Part shown: positions 36,001-42,677 of the stretch, one piece after another
Layout: every line of letters begins with the position of its first letter
Position numbering within the stretch: the first letter of the stretch is position 1
Assembly (NCBI GenBank): GCA_023396415.1
Contig: JAEWWJ010000114.1
Coordinates: 4,116-68,115, forward strand
From: Bacteroidota bacterium
GTDB taxonomy: Bacteria; Bacteroidota; Bacteroidia; Bacteroidales; F082
Direction: 5' to 3'
Length of the DNA stretch: 64,000 nucleotides
Translations under genes and position numbers: made by a program
Notes under the pieces: model-generated
What the model saw: only the letters and a program-made list of their open reading frames with translations
Database searches by the model: none
Told to the model about the DNA's origin: nothing

Positions 36001-38817
36001 AAAAACAACGGCCCCAGCGCTGCCACCGGAGTGAGTGTAAACGATGTTTTACCCACAGGATATACCTTTGTAAGTGCCACGCCATCAGCAGGCACTTGGA
36101 CTGCACCCAACTGGACCATCGGTAATTTGGCCAATGGAGCCACCGTAACTTTAAACATTGTTGCCACCGTTTTGGCTACCGGAAGCTATGCCAACACCGC
36201 TACAATCAGCGGAACCACATCAGATCCAAATCCTGCCAACAACAGCAGTACCGTTACGCCCGGGCCGGCAGCATCGGCTGATGTAGCCATTGTGAAATCG
36301 GTGAACAACAGCAATCCATCGGTTGGAACAAACGTTATTTTTACCCTCACGGCCACCAACAACGGCCCGAGCAATGCTGCCAATGTGGTTGTAAACGACG
36401 TTTTGCCCTCAGGATACACTTTTGTAAATGCAAATACCACCTCCGGTAGCTGGGCAGCACCCAATTGGACAATTGGTACTTTAAACAATGGTGACACAAA
36501 AACCCTTACTATAGAAGCTAAGGTGAAGGCAAGCGGTTCATATACCAACACCGCTACCATCACAACCACAACCAACGATCCCAATACAGGAAACAACACA
36601 AGCAGTGTAACGCCGGGGCCATCAGCCGCTGCCGACCTCAGCGTGACTAAAACTGTGAGTAACGAAACCCCTACGGTAGGCACCAACGTAACCTTTACGA
36701 TTACTGCCACCAATAACGGCCCGAGCGCTGCCACCAATGTGAAGGTAAATGATATTTTGCCTGCAGGATACACTTTTGTAAGTTTTAGCCCTGTAACCTC
36801 CAACTGGACGGCCCCCAACTGGACCATCGGCAATTTGGCCAATGGCGCAAGCGCTACTTTGAACATTGTAGCCAAAGTTAACGCCGCCGGACCTTATGTT
36901 AATACGGCAACCATTTCAGGTACTGAAACCGATCCCAATATGGGAAATAACAGCAATTCAGCCACTTGCGTCCCGGTATCTTCGGCTGACCTCTCCATCG
37001 TTAAAAGTGTTGACAACGCCACTCCTACCGTAGGAAACAACGTTTCATTTACCCTCACAGCATCTAATATCGGTCCCAGCAACGCTACCAACGTGAAGGT
37101 TGTTGACCTATTACCGGCCGGATATACCTTTGTAAGTGCTACGCAGTCATCAGGTACGTGGGCTTCACCCAACTGGACGATCGGCAATCTGAATTCGGGA
37201 AGCACGGCCACCTTAATTATGGTTGCCAAAGTGAACGTAACAGGGCCTTATGCCAACACAGCCACCATCAGTGGTGATCAAACTGACCCCAACACTGACA
37301 ACAATTCAAGCACCATCACCCCCGGACCGGCAGCTTCTGCTGACCTCGGAGTACTTAAAACTGTTGACGTTACCACTCCAAAAGTAAACGATACCGTTAC
37401 CTTCACCATTACTGCCTCCAACAATGGCCTCAGCAATGCCACCCTCGTAAAGGTAACAGACGCTTTACCCGCAGGCTACACCTTTGTAAGTGCAACGCCT
37501 TCAGTAGGAGCGTGGGCTGCACCCGTCTGGACCATTGGCAATTTGGCCAAAGATGCCACTGCCACATTGAAAATTAAAGCCAAGGTAAAAGCCAACGGCC
37601 CTTATGCCAACACAGCTACCATTGAAGGCAATGAAACCGATCCTGTAGATGAGAACAATACTTCAACCGTTACCATCACTCCGGTAGCTTTGGTAGGCCC
37701 GGATGCCATCAATGACAATGCTTCCACCCTTGCCAACAGCCCTGTTGAAATCATTGTGCTATCAAACGATCTAATCGGCGAAGCAGCCTTGAATCCAACC
37801 ACTGTTATGCTCATCGCGACAACCGCACCCAATCCATCAACCGTTGGTGTGTTTACTGTTGATCCGGTTACCGGAGTGGTTACTTTTACGCCCGCACTCG
37901 GCTTCACTGGTGTTGCCTCTATTGACTACCAGGTGTGTGATATGAACAGCCTTTGCGATATCGCTAAAATCACAGTAACAGTTATTCAAGGTGCTGATAT
38001 TCTGTATCCTGCTACCGGTTTTGGAACTTTAGCTTTTGAAGATTTGTGGCCCGGTAAAGGCGACTACGATTTCAATGACCTTGTTTTGGATTACCAATTC
38101 AAAGTGGTGATCAATGCTTACAACAAAGTTGAAAAAGTTACAGGAACCTTCATCATCAAAGCTTTTGGAGCCACTTTTGAAAACGGATTCGGATTCCAAT
38201 TGAGCAACGCCATCAACAGCAGCGATCTTACAGTAACCGGTTACGAACTTAGCGAGAACTTTATTAGCCTCGAAGGAAACGGAACGGAATCAGGTCAATC
38301 GAAACCTACCATTATTGTGTATGACAACGCCTACAAACAAATGGAACATCCGGGCATTGGAATTGGTGTGAACACCACTCCCGGCGCACCTTATGTTACT
38401 CCTGATACATTGGTGATTAACATCGTGTTAAAACCCAACACTTATTCGATTTCCGATCTCGACATCAGCAACTTCAATCCTTTCTTGATCGTGAATAAAG
38501 TGCGGAGCCATGAAGTACATTTGCCTTATTATCCACCCACTGACCTTGTCAATCCTGCCTTGTTCGGTCAATATGAGGACAATAGCAATCCTTCAAGCAA
38601 CAGATATTATGTTACAGACACCAACTTGCCCTGGGCCATTAACATCTACGAAAAGTTCGATTATCCTCATGAAAAACAAGAGATCATTTGGGCTCACCTT
38701 AAGTTTGCCGAATGGGCAACAAGCGGCGGCGTTCAGTTCCCCGACTGGTATAAAAACCTTACGGGATATCGCAACCAAAGCTTGATCTATCAAGTTCCTG
38801 CACAACCCAACCCATAA
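33067..38817 (+). CDS. Giant secreted surface protein: N-terminal domain, Ig/cadherin-like domain, ten DUF11-type repeats, cadherin/CshA-like repeat, C-terminal LruC-type domain
   Basis: 1916 aa with signal/TM segment LLTSLMMVIVLILSGLNVSAQ. There are ten 118-aa units beginning ADL(S/G)(I/V)(T/V)K(T/S) and containing TF(T)(L/I)TA.NNGPS.A..V.V.D.LP.GYTFVSA. The C-terminal region is LAFEDLWPGKGDYDFNDLVLDYQFK...NPFLIVNKVRSHEVHLP...LPWAINIYEKFDYPHEKQEI...HLKFAEWATSGG. The start could instead be ATG 33106. Confidence 0.9.
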   Translation: MKTKTSIPKKEQKMISRSLLTSLMMVIVLILSGLNVSAQQSFILNLQGQTLSFKEVNRTILVNTGNAGKNQGSIHKYANVITKDGITVYAKMTIKEVQSAFITLFDDDAITGEINRFQPRIGTTSNSSGGFIVYELEFFNTANNASVFVYNYNLTGIDIDGNNSANREYVEVGGYTSYTLNNPTGLTVTTNNATGRTRFTGISYSLNGVTFDNSAAFIANFLNANNKISFALGQTKANDERFYSVQLGVAGGVFSDPVIVNNPLPIAVDDVGTPVNSNTGGTAVNNVLTNDLYNGSAVVPSQVMISLVSPASNAGIVLNTSTGKVTVAPGTPAGDYELIYKICMVAAPSDCDIATVFVKVLAADLSVVKTASSLAPVVGSDITFTITATNNGPSLATDVTVNDVLPNGYTLVSATPSTGTWSAPNWTIGDMEDDASATLTVVATVKASGSYANTASISGTSYDPTSNNNSSTVTPVPVASADLGIAKTASSLTPAVGSNITFTLTATNNGPSAATGVKVVDALPNGYTFVSATTSTGSYTAPNWNIGNLALSGTATLNIVATVNATGTYLNTATISGAQTDPVSGNNTSSITPVPTAATDLAITKTVNNAAPAVGTNVTFTLSVVNNGPSAATGVKVVDALPAGYTYVSNTPSTGTWSGSTWTIGALANGATATLALVATVNATGPYANSATVSGSQTDPTPGNNTGTATTVPVGAADLSITKTVSNASPNAGTNVTFTLTAKNNGPSAATGVTVNDVLPSGYTFVSATPSAGTWTAPNWVIGNLANGATVTLSIVATVKATGNYDNTATITGNQTDPVSTNNSSTATVTPSAVADLEVTKTVNNTTPDVGSTVTFTITAKNIGPSTATGVIVNDVLPAGFSLTGATASVGTWTAPNWTIGSLALNATATLSITATVNAAGPYVNTATITGQQPDPNTANNSSQATCVPVAKADLSITKTVNSSAPVVGTNVTFTLTAKNNGPSAATGVSVNDVLPTGYTFVSATPSAGTWTAPNWTIGNLANGATVTLNIVATVLATGSYANTATISGTTSDPNPANNSSTVTPGPAASADVAIVKSVNNSNPSVGTNVIFTLTATNNGPSNAANVVVNDVLPSGYTFVNANTTSGSWAAPNWTIGTLNNGDTKTLTIEAKVKASGSYTNTATITTTTNDPNTGNNTSSVTPGPSAAADLSVTKTVSNETPTVGTNVTFTITATNNGPSAATNVKVNDILPAGYTFVSFSPVTSNWTAPNWTIGNLANGASATLNIVAKVNAAGPYVNTATISGTETDPNMGNNSNSATCVPVSSADLSIVKSVDNATPTVGNNVSFTLTASNIGPSNATNVKVVDLLPAGYTFVSATQSSGTWASPNWTIGNLNSGSTATLIMVAKVNVTGPYANTATISGDQTDPNTDNNSSTITPGPAASADLGVLKTVDVTTPKVNDTVTFTITASNNGLSNATLVKVTDALPAGYTFVSATPSVGAWAAPVWTIGNLAKDATATLKIKAKVKANGPYANTATIEGNETDPVDENNTSTVTITPVALVGPDAINDNASTLANSPVEIIVLSNDLIGEAALNPTTVMLIATTAPNPSTVGVFTVDPVTGVVTFTPALGFTGVASIDYQVCDMNSLCDIAKITVTVIQGADILYPATGFGTLAFEDLWPGKGDYDFNDLVLDYQFKVVINAYNKVEKVTGTFIIKAFGATFENGFGFQLSNAINSSDLTVTGYELSENFISLEGNGTESGQSKPTIIVYDNAYKQMEHPGIGIGVNTTPGAPYVTPDTLVINIVLKPNTYSISDLDISNFNPFLIVNKVRSHEVHLPYYPPTDLVNPALFGQYEDNSNPSSNRYYVTDTNLPWAINIYEKFDYPHEKQEIIWAHLKFAEWATSGGVQFPDWYKNLTGYRNQSLIYQVPAQPNP
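34153..37692 (+). repeat. Ten in-register 354-bp coding tandem repeats (DUF11-type units)
   Basis: Unit starts fall at 34153, 34507, 34861, 35215, 35569, 35923, 36277, 36631, 36985 and 37339, exactly 354 nt apart with no indels. Units 4 and 6 are the most similar pair. Confidence 0.9.
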
Positions 38818-38834
38818 TTGGTTTTCAAAAAAAA

Positions 38835-38857
38835 GCCGCTTCAAAAAATGAAGCGGC
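38835..38857. terminator. Bidirectional intrinsic terminator
   Basis: GCCGCTTCA / aaaaa / TGAAGCGGC forms a 9-bp stem flanked by an A-run and a T-run, between convergent genes. Confidence 0.8.
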
Positions 38858-38880
38858 TTTTTTTATCCAACATTTTGCTT

Positions 38881-40620
38881 TTAGTTTGGCATCAAAAATT
38901 GATTATCGGTTTGATTGATGAGATTTTTCTTAAAGCCCTCATCATAACCCGGAAATATTGGGGGTTCAGGATAGCCATATGGGTTTCTTAGAAAACGTCC
39001 ATATTTTTCTTGTTTCACATTGCCATCCAAATACTTAACAAGCAAAAACTCATTCAGCTCCTTCCATCTTTTCACCGTGTAATCGCCCATATTGGCGCTG
39101 TAATCGGTTAAAAAAGCTACGGCCATGGCAGGATCGGCTTCGTGGAGCTTGAGGGCTGCTGCATCCACTGCCGGTGTGTAATCGCGAAATTTATTTTCCA
39201 ACTCTTGTTGTACTTTTTGAATATCGGGCATCACCCTGTCATAGAAGAGATACGCGAAATGAGCCAAGCGGTTAAACACCCAAAAAGCGGCATTTTCTTC
39301 GTAGGTTAAGATGTCGCCATAACCTTCCGACCAGGTTTGTGGCACCCTTGTGATAGAGCTGTAAAAAGGCACATAAACACTGGTGCCGGCATCGTCAACA
39401 CCCATCCAAAAAATTCCACCAATGGCGTTGGGCAGCCAGGAGCGCATTTGTGCAATAAATGAAAAACCGGTTTGTTGGGTTGCTGTAACCCTTTCGTGAA
39501 AATAGTCCTTGTCGTTGTACTTCCATGTCAATGGACGCCAGCGGTATGGCAAACCAAACGGGCCGGCGCCGGCATCTTTCGACATATCGAGCTCAGTTCC
39601 TTGCAAATAGTCGCGCTTAAACGACATCAGGTCTTGAGGCGTAAGCTTGCGGTTGGGTTTGATAAACAAAGGCATCCTTTGGATGGTTTCTTTGCCTGTA
39701 GCATAATCCCAATAGGCATCCATCTCTGCGTTCACATGATTGAACATGCTCCAAACGCGCAATTCGCAAAAGCGCACTGCACTAAAATCGAGTGGTGCAT
39801 ACACATCGCTGAAGCTGAAATCAGCGTCATTGCCATCGAAAAAACCTTTTTGCCGGGCAAAACTGATCACATCGTGGCTGTAAATCACACGAATATCTTC
39901 ATTTGTCAAATTTTGCCATTGCTGATCGCTCATGCTGGTTTTTCCATCGGACAACGGAAAAGTGGTGATGCGGGCATGGTTGGCATGGGCCGAAACATAG
40001 CCGTCAGGAATACGAACAGCCACCCACACTGCTCCTTTATCCGCGTTGTAGGTCTTTTTAGTTTTTCTATCGGTTTTCAGGCTTGTTCCTTTTCCAATGA
40101 TTTCCATGATCCAAACCTCATTTGGATCGCCAATGGAAAACGACTCACCTGAGCTGGCATAACCATATTCGGCAACAAGATTTGCAATCACCTGAATGGC
40201 TTCGCGGGCCGTTTTCGACCGTTGAAGGGCAACAAACATCAAATAGGCATAGTCCATCACGCCGGTGGTATCCGTCAGTTCGGGCCTCCCACCAAAAGTA
40301 GTTTCCCCCATTGCCACTTGGTATTCGTTCATAAAACCCACAGTTTGAAAAGTGTGTGCCACCTGCTGAATTTGTCCCAAAGGCTTGGCGGTACCGCGAT
40401 CGTAAATGGTGAGCATACTGCCTTGGGGCCAATCTTTGGCTGGGCTGTAATACAGTTCGCCATAGCGGATGTGCGAATCGGCGGCGTAACTCACCATGGT
40501 AGAGCCATCGGCAGAAGCACCTTTTGTGACCAAATAATTGGTGCATGAGCGGGCATCCGGCACTGCCATAAATAAGATAAAACCGGCAGTTAGAAGTGAA
40601 AATATGCTTTTTTTCATCAT
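38881..40620 (-). CDS. C69 family dipeptidase (Ntn-hydrolase type, secreted)
   Basis: 579 aa. The signal peptide ends ...VPDARS and is followed by CTNYLVTKGASADGSTMVSYAADSH (N-terminal nucleophile Cys). The length and WVAVRIPDGYVSAHANHARI-type segments are typical of C69. Confidence 0.8.
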   Translation of the reverse strand: MMKKSIFSLLTAGFILFMAVPDARSCTNYLVTKGASADGSTMVSYAADSHIRYGELYYSPAKDWPQGSMLTIYDRGTAKPLGQIQQVAHTFQTVGFMNEYQVAMGETTFGGRPELTDTTGVMDYAYLMFVALQRSKTAREAIQVIANLVAEYGYASSGESFSIGDPNEVWIMEIIGKGTSLKTDRKTKKTYNADKGAVWVAVRIPDGYVSAHANHARITTFPLSDGKTSMSDQQWQNLTNEDIRVIYSHDVISFARQKGFFDGNDADFSFSDVYAPLDFSAVRFCELRVWSMFNHVNAEMDAYWDYATGKETIQRMPLFIKPNRKLTPQDLMSFKRDYLQGTELDMSKDAGAGPFGLPYRWRPLTWKYNDKDYFHERVTATQQTGFSFIAQMRSWLPNAIGGIFWMGVDDAGTSVYVPFYSSITRVPQTWSEGYGDILTYEENAAFWVFNRLAHFAYLFYDRVMPDIQKVQQELENKFRDYTPAVDAAALKLHEADPAMAVAFLTDYSANMGDYTVKRWKELNEFLLVKYLDGNVKQEKYGRFLRNPYGYPEPPIFPGYDEGFKKNLINQTDNQFLMPN

Positions 40621-40812
40621 AAAAATGGGTTTAAGAATGGATAATCTTTAGATTCGAAACGCTAAAATAATGGAATCTCCGAACGCCTACGCCATACAAT
40701 CAGTTTTCGGCAAAAGTGATAGTTCAACTGGTATCAAAGAAACAGATTGCAAAACGCAATAAAAACTCCTTGCTGCAAAAACAAAGAACCCACAAAGATG
40801 TTATTTCCATCG

Positions 40813-40820
40813 TATCTTTG
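40813..40820 (+). promoter_or_regulatory. Bacteroidota -7 promoter box (TATCTTTG)
   Basis: Exact TAnnTTTG, 67 nt upstream of ATG 40887. Confidence 0.4.
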
Positions 40821-40886
40821 TGCCGCGAAAAAACCTACCATCATATTATAACTATTTATAATTGATTGACTTACTATCTAAAATCA

Positions 40887-41387
40887 ATGGATCAACAAAA
40901 CCTTCTTTTTCTTGCTTTCGGCGTTTTAATCGGACTTGGATTTCTGTTCAGGAGGTGGTATGTGCGTCAACCCAAATCCTACCAGGTGTCGGAACAGTTT
41001 TCGGGTGGATATTTTTTAAGTGTTACCGACCTCAATCCGCGCTCCAACGAGGCCTCGCTCAAACTTCGCCTGACCACGCAACACCCCTTTGAATCGCCAC
41101 CCTGTTTGGCTGTTGAGCTGATAAAAAAAACCGGTGAGTTCGATCGGATCACTTTTCAGGAATTGGGTATCGAAGACCATTTCGTTCCTATTTTTGGAAA
41201 AGACAAAGAATTGGAAATCACTTTTGAGAAACGTGATATGCTCCACCCTATCCGCGACCGCGAGCTTAAACTGAACCGCTTTCGGCTCACGGTAATGGAA
41301 AACAGCAAAGTGTTGATTAAAACACCGGTTTTTATGCTCTCGCAAAAATTTATGCTCATCCCTGTGGAGCGCGGTAAATTTAACTAA
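40887..41387 (+). CDS. Hypothetical membrane-anchored protein
   Basis: The ORF has an N-terminal TM helix (NLLFLAFGVLIGLGFLF) and no recognisable motif. The start is set at MDQQNLL. The overlapping ORFs on both strands are weaker. Confidence 0.55.
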   Translation: MDQQNLLFLAFGVLIGLGFLFRRWYVRQPKSYQVSEQFSGGYFLSVTDLNPRSNEASLKLRLTTQHPFESPPCLAVELIKKTGEFDRITFQELGIEDHFVPIFGKDKELEITFEKRDMLHPIRDRELKLNRFRLTVMENSKVLIKTPVFMLSQKFMLIPVERGKFN

Positions 41388-41420
41388 CAACAAAACAACA
41401 ACTTAGACGCTATAATTAGC

Positions 41421-42461
41421 ATGAAAATTCACGACACGGCCACCACCAACAAGCTGCTGCTGCTTTTGGTAATTCCTCTGGTTTTTTACATCCTCCAGAT
41501 TTTCGGATTCATTTTCGCTCCGTTGATGATTGCTTTTTTCATCACTTTGCTGTTCATGCCTATGATTCGGTGGCTTTTGCGAAAAAAAATTCCGCGCGTT
41601 CCCACCATTGGCTTCATCCTTACTTTGGTGGTCGCCGGCATGTCGCTCCTGTTTTACTTGATCAAACTTTCGGGCAAAGAAATTATCGAAGGCAAAGACC
41701 AACTCTATCTTTTATTGGATACTCGGGTAGGACAAACCATCGCACCTTATGCTCAAATGATTGGCATTAAGACAGATACGTATTCAAGCACCATCAAAAG
41801 CATCCTTTTTAGCGACCAAGTGAGAGAGGTGCTTTTTGGAAATTTCAACGAAACCATCGTTTTACTTCAACAAACGGCCAGCTTTTTATTGATGACACTG
41901 TTTTTTTTGGTGTTGCTGTTGGCCGGTTCACTCAACTTGGAAGCCATATTAGGCCAAACCCTTTTCAGCAGTAAAACACGTTCGGTACGCACGTATATGG
42001 TGATAGAACGTAGCATTGCCCGTTTTTTGAAAGTCAAATTTTTGATGAGTTTATTCACAGGCATTGGGTTCGGATTGGTGGCTTGGATTGCCGGCCTCAG
42101 TTTTCCGTTGTTTTGGGGATTGCTGGCGTTTTCGCTTAATTTCGTTCAAATGATTGGCTCCATTGTGTCAACGCTTATGGTAGTAGTGTACGCTTTCATT
42201 GAAATCAACCAACCGCAAACCCTGCTTATTTTATCCATTTCCTTCACCATGGTACAAGTTATTTTCGGTTCCATCCTTGAACCTATTCTCATGGGCAAGT
42301 CGTTCAAAATTAACATTATAACCATCCTTGTCATGTTGATGTTTTGGGGATATTTATGGGGCGTTCCCGGTCTGATTCTGTCCATTCCGGTTACTGTATT
42401 TATCAAAACTATGCTCGAACAATTTGAAAACACCAGAAAAATTGCCCGTTTGATGTCATGA
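41421..42461 (+). CDS. AI-2E family transporter (PerM/UPF0118)
   Basis: 346 aa polytopic membrane protein with the typical AI-2E layout, including the C-terminal stretch MGKSFKINIITILVMLMFWGYLWGVPGLILSIPVTV. Confidence 0.75.
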   Translation: MKIHDTATTNKLLLLLVIPLVFYILQIFGFIFAPLMIAFFITLLFMPMIRWLLRKKIPRVPTIGFILTLVVAGMSLLFYLIKLSGKEIIEGKDQLYLLLDTRVGQTIAPYAQMIGIKTDTYSSTIKSILFSDQVREVLFGNFNETIVLLQQTASFLLMTLFFLVLLLAGSLNLEAILGQTLFSSKTRSVRTYMVIERSIARFLKVKFLMSLFTGIGFGLVAWIAGLSFPLFWGLLAFSLNFVQMIGSIVSTLMVVVYAFIEINQPQTLLILSISFTMVQVIFGSILEPILMGKSFKINIITILVMLMFWGYLWGVPGLILSIPVTVFIKTMLEQFENTRKIARLMS

Positions 42462-42590
42462 TCGTAAATTTTAAGACTATCTTAAAAAGAGAGAAAAAAT
42501 CAAAAAGAATACCGATTATTTTGTTGTTCTTCAATCAGTTGAAAGACTAAAACCATTCAAATATATTGGCCACGGTAAGGTAATATTTGT

Positions 42591-42598
42591 TAGTTTTG
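42591..42598 (+). promoter_or_regulatory. Bacteroidota -7 promoter box (TAGTTTTG)
   Basis: Exact TAnnTTTG, 80 nt upstream of the speA ATG. Confidence 0.4.
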
Positions 42599-42677
42599 TC
42601 CCGTCGGACAGATGAAAAGCAAATCACCGACAGGAGATTTTTTGCAAATTATTCATTTCTAATACCTTATTTGCCTT

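Noticed and set aside
34153-37692. A regular 354-bp tandem periodicity that might suggest a CRISPR array or satellite.
   Set aside because: The units are 354 bp, contiguous without spacers, in-frame and protein-coding (DUF11-type). There is no short repeat/spacer alternation and there are no cas genes.
33801-37907. A string of long minus-strand ORFs (up to 229 aa, e.g. 36186..36875) antisense to the 1916 aa gene.
   Set aside because: They are periodic mirror images of the DUF11 repeats (Val/Ala/Thr/Pro/Leu-rich, same 354-nt period). They arise because the sense codons avoid reverse-strand stops. The sense frame is a single 5.7 kb ORF with clear domain signatures.
39472-40548. Antisense and alternative-frame ORFs (226 aa +, 133 aa -, 108 aa +) inside the C69 dipeptidase gene.
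   Set aside because: The translations are Arg/His/Cys-rich and lack motifs. The 579 aa frame has the signal peptide plus the N-terminal Cys nucleophile and covers the whole interval.
41403-41702. 99 aa minus-strand ORF overlapping the start of the AI-2E transporter gene.
   Set aside because: It has a highly charged low-complexity translation (QSDEKSNHQRSENESEN) and lies antisense to a hydrophobic membrane-protein frame. There is no promoter.
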